Shown here one piece after another: positions 1-9,953 of a stretch of DNA of 64,000 nucleotides (position 1 is its first letter; every line of letters begins with the position of its first letter). Origin of the DNA: an uncultured Gammaproteobacteria bacterium (GTDB lineage Bacteria > Patescibacteriota > Microgenomatia > UBA8517); the NCBI GenBank assembly GCA_965231135.1, contig OZ246419.1:81028-145027 (forward strand), given 5' to 3'. Under the pieces are notes generated by a model. It did no database searches. It was not told the origin of the DNA and was given only the letters and a program-made list of their open reading frames with translations. The translations under genes were made by a program, and so were the position numbers.

Positions 1-216
1 AGCAACTAAAGGGTACATACAAATTCGCTGATACCAACATAAAATACAGGGAGGAAATTTTCTTATTTCACTAAAATATAAACTGCCAGCCATAGCAACG
101 ATTGCCTGAATCCAGGAGATATAAAATAAATATTTTTTATCAAATTTCTTAAGCATCTAACTTATTTTAGCAAACTGATAGTTTAAAAACACCTGAATCT
201 TAAAGCAAGTTTTCAG

Positions 217-945
217 TTGACTACCCTGTATAATGATAGGATGCAGAATAATTATCAAGTTTTTAATCCATTCAAACAGGAACAACAAGTACAATTTCAA
301 CCTCCGCAAAAAGAAAAGTTTATTAATAAACTTAAAAATAAGCTTAGTAATTCAAACAAAACAGTAATCGCATTTGGAATAGTAATTATTTTTTCAGGAG
401 TTATGGTTGGAATGGGGCTAAGAATTAGAGCAATGAACGCCAATTCGACAAACACGACAACCGGGCAAGTTGAAGGAGACCTGACCCAGGCAACACCTAT
501 AGATACTATATCTCCAACTGATACACCATACCCTACCGCCGATCCTAATCAAATTGCTGAAACTCCAGTTCCCGCAACCGATGAAACATCTGAAGGATAT
601 ATTCCAACCAATCCTCCTGTAGCAACTGTTTCACCAACAGACACTCCGTCTCCAACACCGACTCCAAGCCCAACTCCAGTTCCTGATAATTATAATGCAA
701 GCATAACTAATGTAACAATTGGAACCCCGGCAACGATAACAGTAAATGTTACAAAAAATAATAATAATGATTGCGGGGAAAGCGTTTCTTTGGTTTCGGA
801 TCCAACCGGCGTAAATTTTACATCAAATAACGATTGCTCTAACGGAAATACTACTTTTAGTGCAACTGCTGCAAGCGGAACATATCATGTTACACCTCAA
901 GTTTATGGAGCTCCCTACGGAAGCGGAACTGACATTACTTTTTAA
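217..945 (+). CDS. Pro/Thr-rich secreted or membrane-anchored hypothetical protein
   Basis: Single N-terminal hydrophobic segment followed by low-complexity P/T/S-rich repeats (PTPTPSPTP); no recognisable catalytic motif. Confidence 0.4.
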   Translation: MTTLYNDRMQNNYQVFNPFKQEQQVQFQPPQKEKFINKLKNKLSNSNKTVIAFGIVIIFSGVMVGMGLRIRAMNANSTNTTTGQVEGDLTQATPIDTISPTDTPYPTADPNQIAETPVPATDETSEGYIPTNPPVATVSPTDTPSPTPTPSPTPVPDNYNASITNVTIGTPATITVNVTKNNNNDCGESVSLVSDPTGVNFTSNNDCSNGNTTFSATAASGTYHVTPQVYGAPYGSGTDITF

Positions 946-1538
946 TGATCGATTTAAAAAAATTAAAGCAAGAACAATTAGGTTTACAAAAACAAATAAA
1001 ACTAAATAAACTGCCGAAAATAAATTTAATTGCAGGATGCGATAGTTCATTAATCGGAAGCTATAGAAATTATACTCAAATTTTTAGTGTGTTTGTTGTT
1101 TTTACATATCCAGAACTTCAGGAAATTGAAGTACAAACTAATATTTCGCCGCTTACTTTTCCTTATATTCCAGGATTTTTATCATTTCGAGAAATTCCAA
1201 ATTTATTAAAGGTTTATAAAAAAATTGAAAATAAGCCTGATTTAATAATGGTTGACGGATCAGGACTAATTCATCCAAGACACATGGGAATTGCTAAGAA
1301 AAAACTTTATGGAAATATTGTTAGTGACAAGATAATTGACCCTAAAACAAATGAACAATTGGGTTTTAGCGTAAAAACAAAAGCAAGAGCTAATCCAATT
1401 TTTGTTAGTCCTGGGACGTTTTGTGATTTGGAAAGCAGTTTATCAATAACTCTTTCTTGCCTTAAAGGTTATAAATTACCAGAACCAACGAGAATTGCTG
1501 ATTTGTATTCTAAAAAACTAAAGAATGTGCAAAAATAA
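945..1538 (+). CDS. nfi: Endonuclease V (deoxyinosine 3' endonuclease)
   Basis: Motifs LIAGCDSS and YIPGFLSFREIP and DGSGLIHPR align closely with E. coli Nfi (YIPGFLSFREYP, VDGHGISHPR); length 197 aa fits. Confidence 0.85.
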   Translation: MIDLKKLKQEQLGLQKQIKLNKLPKINLIAGCDSSLIGSYRNYTQIFSVFVVFTYPELQEIEVQTNISPLTFPYIPGFLSFREIPNLLKVYKKIENKPDLIMVDGSGLIHPRHMGIAKKKLYGNIVSDKIIDPKTNEQLGFSVKTKARANPIFVSPGTFCDLESSLSITLSCLKGYKLPEPTRIADLYSKKLKNVQK

Positions 1539-1541
1539 TGT

Positions 1542-2099
1542 ATGGATACATTATTTAATAATTTAAGCTGGATGGTTTGGAATGTGGTGTTAGCAGTTTT
1601 ACCAGTTGTTTTTATAATTTTATTTACAAAATCAAAAATAAATTTAGAAAAAATTATCTTTTTTGTCTTCTGGTTTTTATTTCTACCAAACAGTATTTAT
1701 TTAATAACAGATATTCAATATTTGCCAGGACAAATAAATGGAGAATTTTATCGTGATTTGCTGCTTATTTTTGAATATTTGATTTTAGTATCACTTGGAA
1801 TAGTCACCTATTTTTATGCATTGGATCCGTTTATTAAATTTTTAAAGAAAAGATATAAGAAACATAATTTAAATTATTTTATTTTTGTTTTTAATTTTTT
1901 AATTTCTTTTGGAGTGGTACTTGGAAAAATACAGCGAGCTGAAAGCTGGGATGTTTTTATTCATCCTTTACAAATTCTTAGCAACGTAAATGCATTAATT
2001 ATTAAACAAAATGAGTTAGTTTTTGTAATTTTTTTTGGAATAATTATAAATGTTATTTATTTTGTCAGGACGAGTATAATTGATCAGTTTGTCAGCTGA
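1542..2099 (+). CDS. Polytopic integral membrane protein, unknown function
   Basis: About five hydrophobic helices, aromatic-rich, no catalytic motif recognised. Confidence 0.4.
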   Translation: MDTLFNNLSWMVWNVVLAVLPVVFIILFTKSKINLEKIIFFVFWFLFLPNSIYLITDIQYLPGQINGEFYRDLLLIFEYLILVSLGIVTYFYALDPFIKFLKKRYKKHNLNYFIFVFNFLISFGVVLGKIQRAESWDVFIHPLQILSNVNALIIKQNELVFVIFFGIIINVIYFVRTSIIDQFVS

Positions 2100-3195
2100 A
2101 CAAAAAAATTCGGGAGTATCAAGAAGAGAGATTTTAAAAGCAGGAGGGTTGTTTTTGAGCGTGTTTACTCTTCAGAAAATTGCTGAAGTTGGTAGTGAAT
2201 TTTACAAACAAGCTGTTATCGAGAATAGATCTGCAAGATTGCCAACTACTTTTTATACACCTCAAGATGGTTCTATTGCACTAGGCTTTTCGCCACAAAC
2301 TAATTTTACAAGTGAAGGTTTGAGAGTTGCTACTGCTCTAAAAACCTCTCCTCAGTGTTTTAACTTTTTTATTGATGAGCGCTATATGCCTTTTATTTAC
2401 GATCAAATTAAATTAGCAACTGATCATGGGATAATTCCCGTTCTTGCTTTGGGATACCAATTTGGTTTAACAACTAATTTTGAGGAGTTTAGTAAATTTT
2501 TGGGAGGGATTACTAAAAAAATGGATAGTTTTGGTAAACCATATTTTTTGAGACCATTTTGGGAACCTTTTACTCCCTGGACGAAAGATGCTTTTGGAGA
2601 TATGAGTTATAGAGATTTTGATAGCGGTTGGAGAAAAATGTATAAACAGGTCGTAAATTCGAGTAATCTGGCGAAAGTGATTTATTGTGTAAATTCGAGT
2701 ATTTATACTGATCCTTTCAATAGTGAGCCATTTACTAAAGGCTTTCCTGGAGAAAATTTTATGCATGTCTTTGCTGTTGATACTTATAATAAATATTCTC
2801 CAAGCAGTATAGATTTGGAACATTATATCGATCCTGATTATTCTTACAAAATTTCTTTGGGCCCAGATATTCTACATATGCATAAATTAGCACCCAATAC
2901 TCCAATTGCTGTTACAGAATTTAATTCTTATAACAATGGCAATAAAGTTAATTTTTTATCTGGAGGAGCTAATTACCTAACTGAGCTTGATGTGCGATTA
3001 ATTTCAAGTTTTGATTGGGATAAAAATGGTTTTGGAGAAGCATTCTGGAATATATTGCATTATCCGCAATTAATTGCTGCATATATTCAAGAGTTTGAAA
3101 GAAGTTGTTATATTACTAATGATGTTGATTTACGGAGTAAGCCAGAATTGGTAATGGATAAAATCCTCTCTAAACCAACTCACTTTTTCCACTGA
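2080..3195 (+). CDS. Secreted glycoside hydrolase, clan GH-A (GH26/GH5-like), Tat-type signal
   Basis: N-terminal SRREILKAGGLFLSV twin-arginine-like signal; FWEPFTPW resembles the acid/base region; IAVTEFNS resembles the nucleophile TE motif of (beta/alpha)8 mannanase-like hydrolases. Confidence 0.45.
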   Translation: MISLSAEQKNSGVSRREILKAGGLFLSVFTLQKIAEVGSEFYKQAVIENRSARLPTTFYTPQDGSIALGFSPQTNFTSEGLRVATALKTSPQCFNFFIDERYMPFIYDQIKLATDHGIIPVLALGYQFGLTTNFEEFSKFLGGITKKMDSFGKPYFLRPFWEPFTPWTKDAFGDMSYRDFDSGWRKMYKQVVNSSNLAKVIYCVNSSIYTDPFNSEPFTKGFPGENFMHVFAVDTYNKYSPSSIDLEHYIDPDYSYKISLGPDILHMHKLAPNTPIAVTEFNSYNNGNKVNFLSGGANYLTELDVRLISSFDWDKNGFGEAFWNILHYPQLIAAYIQEFERSCYITNDVDLRSKPELVMDKILSKPTHFFH

Positions 3196-3488
3196 GATTC
3201 TTCAAGGTCGACTTTATTTCCTTTAAACTCTACGCCTTCTTTAATGAGCATTTTTCTTTTGCCTTCTACTCCACCGACACCTGAGTAACCCGTTAAACTT
3301 CCGTCTGCGGCGACAACTCTATGACAAGGAACAATCGGAGCATTGGGATTATTTTTCATTGCTAATCCAACAGCGCGAGAAGCGAGCGGACTTCCGGCAA
3401 GTTTTGCAACTTGACCATAAGTTGCCACTTTGCCTTTTGGAATTTTACTAACTATTTTGTAAACTTTATCAGTAAAGCCCATGCGCAA
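3180..3488 (-). CDS. MGMT-family protein (methylated-DNA-protein-cysteine methyltransferase DNA-binding domain)
   Basis: Conserved PCHRVV active-site motif and YGQVA helix-turn-helix region of the Ogt/Ada C-terminal domain; 102 aa short stand-alone form. Confidence 0.8.
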   Translation of the reverse strand: MRMGFTDKVYKIVSKIPKGKVATYGQVAKLAGSPLASRAVGLAMKNNPNAPIVPCHRVVAADGSLTGYSGVGGVEGKRKMLIKEGVEFKGNKVDLEESQWKK

Positions 3489-4464
3489 AAACTATGATAC
3501 CACAATTGATGTTTTGAGATTAATTTCAATTTTTGCAGTTGTCCTTATTCACACGACAACACGAGAACTGGAAGTAACTCATTATGATTTAATTAATAAT
3601 CAAATTAGTTTATTTTTAAATCAGGCTGCAAGATTTGCAGTACCTTTATTTTTTTTGATATCAGGATTTGTTTTGGAATTATCATATCGAGAAAATGAAA
3701 ATTATTTTAATTATTTAAAAAGAAGGTTATCGAAAATATTATTGCCATATCTGATTTGGAGTTTAATATATTATTTTTTTATCTACACAAATCATAGTGA
3801 AGATTTGATACATGCATTAATTGATGGGAGCTCTTCTTATCAACTTTATTTTATCCCTTCTTTATTTATTTTTTATTTAATTTTTCCAATATTGCATAAA
3901 ATTAAATTAAAAAAATATATCTTGATTGTTTTATTTGTAATACAAATTTTAATTTTAAATTATGTTTATAAATATTTTACTTTTCCTCTACCTTATCCAA
4001 TTGCTGTAGCAGTTTTTAATTTTTTTGTTTTTATACTGGGAATTTATTTAGTGAGAAATATTAATGATTTTAAAAAAATACTTAATAAAATATGGGTTTT
4101 ACTAATTCCTGTAACAATTTATTTAGCTTATTTTATTTTCAAAGAAGGATTTAACAGATATTATCAAACATGGAATGTTGCAGCATTTTACATACAATTT
4201 CGACCTTCTATTTTAATTTATACAATTTTTGTTTTTGGAATTTTGTATTTTATTTTTAGCAAAATTAAAATTAATTTTTTGTCAGAACTTTCTAGACTCT
4301 CTTTCTTTGTTTTCTTTATTCACGTAATTATTTTAGAAAATGTTTGGAAATATTTATCGCCGAAAAATGATTTGGTATTTTTTGGAATAGTTTCTATAAT
4401 TTCTTTTTCTGTTGCTTATTTAATCCATCGCTTTTTGCCAATCGCCAGCAAATGTCTGGGATAA
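3481..4464 (+). CDS. Acyltransferase family 3 (OafA-like) membrane protein
   Basis: N-terminal IDVLRLISIFAVVLIHT motif typical of acyltransferase_3, about ten hydrophobic helices, 327 aa. Confidence 0.55.
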   Translation: MRKNYDTTIDVLRLISIFAVVLIHTTTRELEVTHYDLINNQISLFLNQAARFAVPLFFLISGFVLELSYRENENYFNYLKRRLSKILLPYLIWSLIYYFFIYTNHSEDLIHALIDGSSSYQLYFIPSLFIFYLIFPILHKIKLKKYILIVLFVIQILILNYVYKYFTFPLPYPIAVAVFNFFVFILGIYLVRNINDFKKILNKIWVLLIPVTIYLAYFIFKEGFNRYYQTWNVAAFYIQFRPSILIYTIFVFGILYFIFSKIKINFLSELSRLSFFVFFIHVIILENVWKYLSPKNDLVFFGIVSIISFSVAYLIHRFLPIASKCLG

Positions 4465-5409
4465 AGTTTCTATAATATCGGACTGATTTAAAATAATTCC
4501 CAATTCTCTATTTTCATCAATGCTTTGAGTTGAAAAATTAATAGAGCCAACATAAGCTTTTTGATTATCTATTAAAATTAATTTGCCGTGAATATATGGC
4601 GAAGATAATGTTTTAATATTTACTTTAGAGTTTTTTAATTCATCAAAAGCTTTTTTATTTGAACTAACTTGTTTAAGAGTTGGTGTTAACAAATTAACTA
4701 TTTCGCCCTGAGATTTTTGCGATAATAAACTTAATATTGATGGATCATCAATGTCTTCTACTTCTATATCAATTTCTTTATTTGCACTTTCAATTAATGA
4801 AGTTAATAACGGACGAGACGTGTTTGGACTAATTACTAAATCAGTTTGAGATGGATTAAAAGTTGTTCTATTCCAATCGTTTGAAAAAATATTTTTAACT
4901 TCGTTTACATCATTTTGATTAGTATCCTCGATATCGTATTCTCTGTTTTTGGTAAAACTACTAGTTGTTAAATTTTGACTTAAAATAAATAATTCTTTGT
5001 CATCTATAATTAGAGACTTTTCGTGAGTTAATGCAAAACTAGAGCTTGTCCATTCAAATTTTATGTTATGAGATTCTAAATCAGTTTTGGTTTTAGGATT
5101 TAAACCGCTGCCGCCAAAAGGATGCTCTTCAAGCAAAACTTGCACATCAACACCGCGAGATTTGGCATTTTCAATAGATGTAATTGTGTCTTTGTCTGAT
5201 AACAAATAATCTTCTACTAGAATATCTTTTGAAGCACTATTGATTGCGTCAATTAAGAATTTATTTCCAGAATCCGGCTCGATAAAAAGCTGCAAATTAT
5301 TTTCGGCTGGACTAACTTTTACAGAAACTGGTTTTGATTTGGTGTAAAAAAGAAGATACCAGGCAGTTACAAAAAGGATTAAGATAATTATGGTTAGAAA
5401 CTTTTTCAT
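4420..5409 (-). CDS. Phospholipase D-family protein with two HKD motifs, N-terminal membrane anchor
   Basis: Two HxKxxxxD motifs seen directly: THEKSLIIDD and IHGKLILID; N-terminal TM helix. Confidence 0.8.
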   Translation of the reverse strand: MKKFLTIIILILFVTAWYLLFYTKSKPVSVKVSPAENNLQLFIEPDSGNKFLIDAINSASKDILVEDYLLSDKDTITSIENAKSRGVDVQVLLEEHPFGGSGLNPKTKTDLESHNIKFEWTSSSFALTHEKSLIIDDKELFILSQNLTTSSFTKNREYDIEDTNQNDVNEVKNIFSNDWNRTTFNPSQTDLVISPNTSRPLLTSLIESANKEIDIEVEDIDDPSILSLLSQKSQGEIVNLLTPTLKQVSSNKKAFDELKNSKVNIKTLSSPYIHGKLILIDNQKAYVGSINFSTQSIDENRELGIILNQSDIIETLSQTFAGDWQKAMD

Positions 5410-5418
5410 ATACAGATT

Positions 5419-5580
5419 ATGTCACAAAAAACACTGGTTTATATTGGAGCATTTATTGGAGGGACAATTGGAAGTTTGATTCCAAATCTTTGGGGTGCAG
5501 GATTTTTATCTTTTTCATCTGTGATACTTGGAGGGATTGGAGGGTTGATTGGAATTTTTATTGTTTTAAAATTTCTTTAA
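5419..5580 (+). CDS. Small glycine-zipper membrane peptide (53 aa)
   Basis: Unannotated short ORF MSQKTLVYIGAFIGGTIGSLIPNLWGAGF...GGIGGLIGIFIVLKFL in an otherwise empty 167-nt gap; GxxxG repeats; no homology anchor. Confidence 0.3.
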   Translation: MSQKTLVYIGAFIGGTIGSLIPNLWGAGFLSFSSVILGGIGGLIGIFIVLKFL

Positions 5581-6260
5581 AACTTTGGGTAATTTGGAAA
5601 CCAATCGCCTTTTATATTTTCTTCTTTTATTCCTATTTCTTTTAACATTTTTATTAAATCTTCAACCATTAGTTCAGGACCGGAAACATAGATTATTTTG
5701 TTTTGAAAGCTTACAATTTGTTTGATTTTATTTTCATCAATATGTTCTGGTGAAAATATGTAAGTAATTTTAAAATTGGGATTTCTCTTTGAGATTTCTT
5801 CTAATTCCTTTTTGAAAACAATATTTTGATCGTGATTTGCATAAAGCAAATCTACATTTATTGGTAATTTGTCGTGATCTAATTGTTTGATTATGCTTCT
5901 AAATGGAGTAATTCCAATCCCGCCTGCAAGAAAAATATATTTCTTATTTGGATCAGTAACAATAAAATCACCTTCGAGATAGGAATTTTCAATGCTCTTG
6001 CCGATTTCTAAACTGAATAATTTATTTTTAAAAGAACTTGATCTTTCTTTATTAAATCTGGTTGTAATATGGATTTCTTTTTCAAAAGGAGCGGACGAAA
6101 TCGTAAACCAACGGTCAGATCCCCTGTCGTCAGTTGGTTCATGGTGTAAAACCCAGTGGAGATATTGGCCTGCAATCCATTTTATTTTTTCTTGTGGCTC
6201 AAAAATAAAAGTGGTTACGTCTAGGATTTCTTGGCGTTTGGAAACTAATTTAAGCTTCAT
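5577..6260 (-). CDS. FAD/NAD(P)-binding oxidoreductase, ferredoxin-reductase type
   Basis: RWFTISSAP (RxYS-type FAD-binding motif) and LAGGIGITPF (NAD-binding GGxGxxP motif). Confidence 0.65.
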   Translation of the reverse strand: MKLKLVSKRQEILDVTTFIFEPQEKIKWIAGQYLHWVLHHEPTDDRGSDRWFTISSAPFEKEIHITTRFNKERSSSFKNKLFSLEIGKSIENSYLEGDFIVTDPNKKYIFLAGGIGITPFRSIIKQLDHDKLPINVDLLYANHDQNIVFKKELEEISKRNPNFKITYIFSPEHIDENKIKQIVSFQNKIIYVSGPELMVEDLIKMLKEIGIKEENIKGDWFPNYPKF

Positions 6261-6268
6261 AATTTATT

Positions 6269-8053
6269 TTATCGTAATTCGTATTCACTAAGAAGTTTTT
6301 TATTTCCTTCGATTTGATAATTGAGAAGTTCTGAATATAATCCTTTTTTCTTTGCTAATTCCTTCGGTTTACCTTCATCAACGATCGTTCCAGCATCAAG
6401 AACTACAATTCGATCAACATTTTGAATGGTTGAAAATCTGTGAGCAATAATAATTACTAATCTATTTTTAAATAATTTTTCTAATGCATCCTGGACTAAA
6501 CTTTCAGAGCGAGAATCAAGAGAAGAAGTTGCTTCATCTAAAATTAAAATTGGTTTATCATGAAGAATTGCCCGCGCTATTTGAATTCTTTGTTTTTGGC
6601 CGCCAGAGAGCTTTACTCCCCGCTCTCCAATTTTGGCATCAAGGCCGTCTTTAAATTTCATAACAAATTCATAAGCATTTGCGTCTTTTAGGGCTTTTAT
6701 AATTTCTTTATCAGTTGCATGTTCTGCGCCATATGCAACATTTTCTCTTATTGTTGATGAAAACAATTCATTATCTTGAAAAACTAAGGCCATGTGTTCG
6801 CGAACCCAAGCATGGCTAACTTCTTTGTAGTTTTTATTACCAATGGTTATTTCACCTGAAGTTGGATCATAAAGGTCTAATATTAGATTAACTAAAGTGG
6901 TTTTACCCGCACCGCTATGACCAACAAAAGCAACTTTTTCTGGATTATTTAAATGCAAATTAATATTATTTAAAACTTTCCCTCCTTCAGAATATGCAAA
7001 ATCAACATTTGATAAATTAATTTCAGGTTTACTTAAAAGTTTTGGTAATTTTTTATCCTGGAACTTTTCTGTACCCTCCAAATCTAAAACTGCGAAAAAT
7101 TCTTTAGAATCTGCCTCAGCTCTTTGTACTTGCTCTAAAATAAAACTCATTCCAAAAAGTGGCCATCTTAATTGATTTAAGATTTGAATAATTAAAACCA
7201 TTTCTCCGAGAGTTAAGCTGCGATTAAAAGTTTTAGTAAAAATAATATAAAGGATAAAAACAAAAGCGATTTCTAGGCCAAATTCACGGAAGAAATTTAA
7301 GACATGATATTGAGTAGACTGCTTGTCATATAAATCATTAAGGGTCTGATATTCATCCCTTACATAATCCCATTCTCTTTTTTGTGTGTTATATGTTTTT
7401 ACTAATTTAATATTTCCGATAACTTCACCAATGCGGCCGCGAGAAGCGTCTTCATGAATATTTTTCTTTGCTTGCATCTCTCCCCATTTTTTGGTTGAGT
7501 AACTGGAAATTAAAATATAAACTGGAAAAACAGCAATTGCTAAAAGAGCAATTAATTTGTCAAAATATGCAAGAACTATAATTCCAAAAATTGCCTGCAA
7601 AATTCCTGGCAAAATAAAATTGCTGGCATTTCCAATAAAATCACGGATAGAAATAATTCCTCTATTTAATTCGTTGACAATTTTTCCAGACAATTCACTA
7701 TCAAAATAAACTTGAGGAAGAGTAAAGATTTTTTTGTAGAAAACCTCTGTAAGATACTTTCCAAGACGACTTGCAATATGATCCCCCAATCTTTGATTGA
7801 CTACATTAATAATTACCAAGCCGACATTAACTGCAAAAATTAAGGCGAAAAGAAGAGTTAATTCCTGATAATTGCCTTTTCCAGTTGTTATTTGAGTAGT
7901 TAAATCGTTTACGACATACATCAAAATAATTGGAGTTGCCTGCTGCAAAACAGATTGAACAACAATTAATAGACAGTCAACAATAATCCATTTATGCTGA
8001 GGTTTACTTAATTTTATGATTTTTAAAATATTTTGCATTTGAATCAGCTTCAA
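6269..8053 (-). CDS. ABC transporter, fused permease/ATP-binding exporter (MsbA-like)
   Basis: Six N-terminal TM helices; Walker A GHSGAGKTT, signature LSGGQKQR, Walker B ILILDEATSSLD. Confidence 0.9.
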   Translation of the reverse strand: MKLIQMQNILKIIKLSKPQHKWIIVDCLLIVVQSVLQQATPIILMYVVNDLTTQITTGKGNYQELTLLFALIFAVNVGLVIINVVNQRLGDHIASRLGKYLTEVFYKKIFTLPQVYFDSELSGKIVNELNRGIISIRDFIGNASNFILPGILQAIFGIIVLAYFDKLIALLAIAVFPVYILISSYSTKKWGEMQAKKNIHEDASRGRIGEVIGNIKLVKTYNTQKREWDYVRDEYQTLNDLYDKQSTQYHVLNFFREFGLEIAFVFILYIIFTKTFNRSLTLGEMVLIIQILNQLRWPLFGMSFILEQVQRAEADSKEFFAVLDLEGTEKFQDKKLPKLLSKPEINLSNVDFAYSEGGKVLNNINLHLNNPEKVAFVGHSGAGKTTLVNLILDLYDPTSGEITIGNKNYKEVSHAWVREHMALVFQDNELFSSTIRENVAYGAEHATDKEIIKALKDANAYEFVMKFKDGLDAKIGERGVKLSGGQKQRIQIARAILHDKPILILDEATSSLDSRSESLVQDALEKLFKNRLVIIIAHRFSTIQNVDRIVVLDAGTIVDEGKPKELAKKKGLYSELLNYQIEGNKKLLSEYELR

Positions 8054-8096
8054 TTATATCAGTTGACAAGGACTTTTACTTGTTGGAATATGAACT

Positions 8097-8411
8097 ATGA
8101 CTACTGAGAGCCAAGAACAAACAAAAAGAAATCCATTAGATATCATGCTTGAGATACAAAGAGAGGTTTATCCTCTACCTCAACCACCTGAAAATGCCCC
8201 CTGGTTAAATAAATTAAGTGAAGAATTAACTGATACTGATAAAAAGGCCAGGTGGAATTTTGTAATGGAAGTTCAGACGGCAATTGCCAATACTCCAATG
8301 TGGATACCCAGTGATCATCCTAGATATTATGAATATGAATCTGCAAGAAGAGATTATGAAAGCTGGTTTAGATTATCTCCAAAAGATTTATTAATAGAAT
8401 TTAATATTTAA
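8097..8411 (+). CDS. Hypothetical protein
   Basis: Clean ORF with plausible spacing; no recognisable motif. Confidence 0.4.
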   Translation: MTTESQEQTKRNPLDIMLEIQREVYPLPQPPENAPWLNKLSEELTDTDKKARWNFVMEVQTAIANTPMWIPSDHPRYYEYESARRDYESWFRLSPKDLLIEFNI

Positions 8412-8540
8412 TTACATTCCTTTTGGTTGAAGCAAGCTCATTTTATTTAGATCTTCGACTGCAATTACAAAAGAAGTTATTGGATTTTTACTCATAAAGA
8501 GATTTTAACATATTATTTTTGAATCTGTTATAATAGCCTT

Positions 8541-8879
8541 ATGGCATTTGACGGAGACAGAAAAAGATCTTCATTTGGAGATCGTAATCGCGGGCGAGGA
8601 GGCTTCTCTAGAGGCAGATCTTTTGGCAATGATCGAGGACCTCGAGAGATGTTCAAAGCAACATGCGATAACTGTGGAAAAGAATGCGAAGTTCCATTTA
8701 AACCAACTGAAGGTAAACCAGTGTACTGCAGTGATTGTTTTGAAAAAATGGGAGGACGCAATTCAGACCGAGGAAATCGAAGAAATGACAGGCCAAGTTT
8801 TAGATCTGCTCCAACACAAGACTTTGGTGAATTAAATGCAAAATTAGATAAAATAATCTCGCTTCTTGAAACTAAATAA
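8541..8879 (+). CDS. RG-rich CxxC zinc-ribbon protein
   Basis: N-terminal DR/RG-rich low-complexity region then CDNCGKECEVPFKPTEGKPVYCSDCF (CxxC-x17-CxxC); preferred over the overlapping 8548..8835 frame. Confidence 0.55.
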   Translation: MAFDGDRKRSSFGDRNRGRGGFSRGRSFGNDRGPREMFKATCDNCGKECEVPFKPTEGKPVYCSDCFEKMGGRNSDRGNRRNDRPSFRSAPTQDFGELNAKLDKIISLLETK

Positions 8880-8885
8880 ATTTAT

Positions 8886-9254
8886 TTAACCTTCCCAAGG
8901 AGAAATTAGCTGAAAATAATTTCCATCTGGATCTGCAAGAGTTGCAATCCAATAATTATTATCTTCTCCCATTGAATATGGTTCTTTGATAATTTTTACG
9001 CCTTCAATTTCTTTTATTCTTTCAAATTCTTCCTTAACGTCTTTGCTTTCAAAATTAAATAAGATCCTGTCAGGATTGGTATTTTTACCGCGGATCTTGT
9101 CGTGCGCGCCAATGCTAAAGAAACAACTACCAACTAAAAAACCAGTATAACCTTTATCTTCCATCGTTGGTTTCATGTCAAAAACTTTGATATAAAATTC
9201 TGCAAGCTTTTTGTGATTTTCTGTTGAAAGAAGAATGGAATTAAAATTTAACAC
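8886..9254 (-). CDS. VOC/glyoxalase-family protein
   Basis: Size and beta-alpha-beta-beta-beta-like pattern (HKKLAEFY...GFLVG...DPDGNYFQL) typical of glyoxalase/bleomycin-resistance fold. Confidence 0.5.
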   Translation of the reverse strand: MLNFNSILLSTENHKKLAEFYIKVFDMKPTMEDKGYTGFLVGSCFFSIGAHDKIRGKNTNPDRILFNFESKDVKEEFERIKEIEGVKIIKEPYSMGEDNNYWIATLADPDGNYFQLISPWEG

Positions 9255-9271
9255 AGATTAATTATAACACT

Positions 9272-9574
9272 CTAAGCAATTTTACGTTTGCTAAGAACAT
9301 ACTTAACTGACTTACTAAGAGGTTTATCTTTTCTATGAATACAACCAAGCCAACAACACGGACGGCGCATACCATCTTTTAATTCACTCACTACTCTTCT
9401 GACGTGATCATTTCTTGTTTCCTGCTTTTTAACTAGAGTTGTCCAACAAATCCATTCATTTCTGGCAAGAGGAGTTAAAGTTTCCCAAATTAAAAGAGCT
9501 TTGGCGTCTTTTGATAAAGCATCATGCAAATCTTTTGGTAAGGTGTGGACTGTACCTCCTGAAATTTGAGTCAT
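9272..9574 (-). CDS. YdeI/OmpD-associated family protein
   Basis: LPKDLHDAL...ARNEWICWTTLVKKQETRNDHVRRVVSELKDG matches the conserved OmdA/YdeI motif pattern (KK.ETR..R). Confidence 0.55.
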   Translation of the reverse strand: MTQISGGTVHTLPKDLHDALSKDAKALLIWETLTPLARNEWICWTTLVKKQETRNDHVRRVVSELKDGMRRPCCWLGCIHRKDKPLSKSVKYVLSKRKIA

Positions 9575-9600
9575 AAATATATTTTATCAAAGATGACAAG

Positions 9601-9930
9601 TTATTTATTTGTTTGTTGGAGTTTAATAATTTCTCTACGATGCTCACCCTGCTGAGTTATATATGCTGCAATAATAGGAGCCAATTCATCAGAATAATTT
9701 AGTCTGAAAGTAAGTTTGTGAATTCCTAATGAGTATGCACTTGCTATTTTATTATGAACCTCTTCTGGTGTTCCTTGTGTTTGTGATCCTGCTGAAATTG
9801 CATTATTAACTAATCGAATAATTTCCACAGTTGAGCTGCCCAGTTTTTCATTTAATTCTTCTAATTCTTGCATAAATTTATTATAACTTTCTTCTGCAGA
9901 TAATTTTGGTTTGTTGTTTTGTTCTACCAT
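9601..9930 (-). CDS. Hypothetical protein
   Basis: ORF only. Confidence 0.4.
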   Translation of the reverse strand: MVEQNNKPKLSAEESYNKFMQELEELNEKLGSSTVEIIRLVNNAISAGSQTQGTPEEVHNKIASAYSLGIHKLTFRLNYSDELAPIIAAYITQQGEHRREIIKLQQTNK

Positions 9931-9953
9931 ATAGTATTAAGAATACTAGAAAA

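Noticed and set aside
823-1050. Numerous 60-120 aa ORFs on the opposite strand or in alternative frames inside larger genes (e.g. 823..1050, 2467..2823, 5992..6291, 8528..8761, 13654..13875, 13933..14184, 16778..17200, 19980..20225, 20574..20870, 21025..21210, 23189..23519, 24933..25130, 25286..25474, 31129..31744, 32299..32553, 33902..34189, 35464..35661, 37088..37385, 37575..37757, 37860..38108, 38743..38937, 39473..39851, 40402..40707, 41744..41977, 42488..42904, 43382..43666, 44244..44980, 45998..46207, 48271..49007, 50477..50671, 52077..52307, 53387..53887, 54487..54669, 55745..56581, 56982..58265, 60290..60493, 62836..63075, 63686..63880)
   Set aside because: They overlap well-supported genes with recognisable domains, have low-complexity or codon-mirrored composition, and lack independent start or spacing context. 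They are treated as six-frame artefacts.
8548-8835. Alternative-frame ORF overlapping the RG-rich zinc-ribbon gene
   Set aside because: The 8541..8879 frame gives a coherent CxxC-x17-CxxC ribbon with an RG-rich tail seen in a recognisable protein family. The other frame is the acidic mirror of that low-complexity region.
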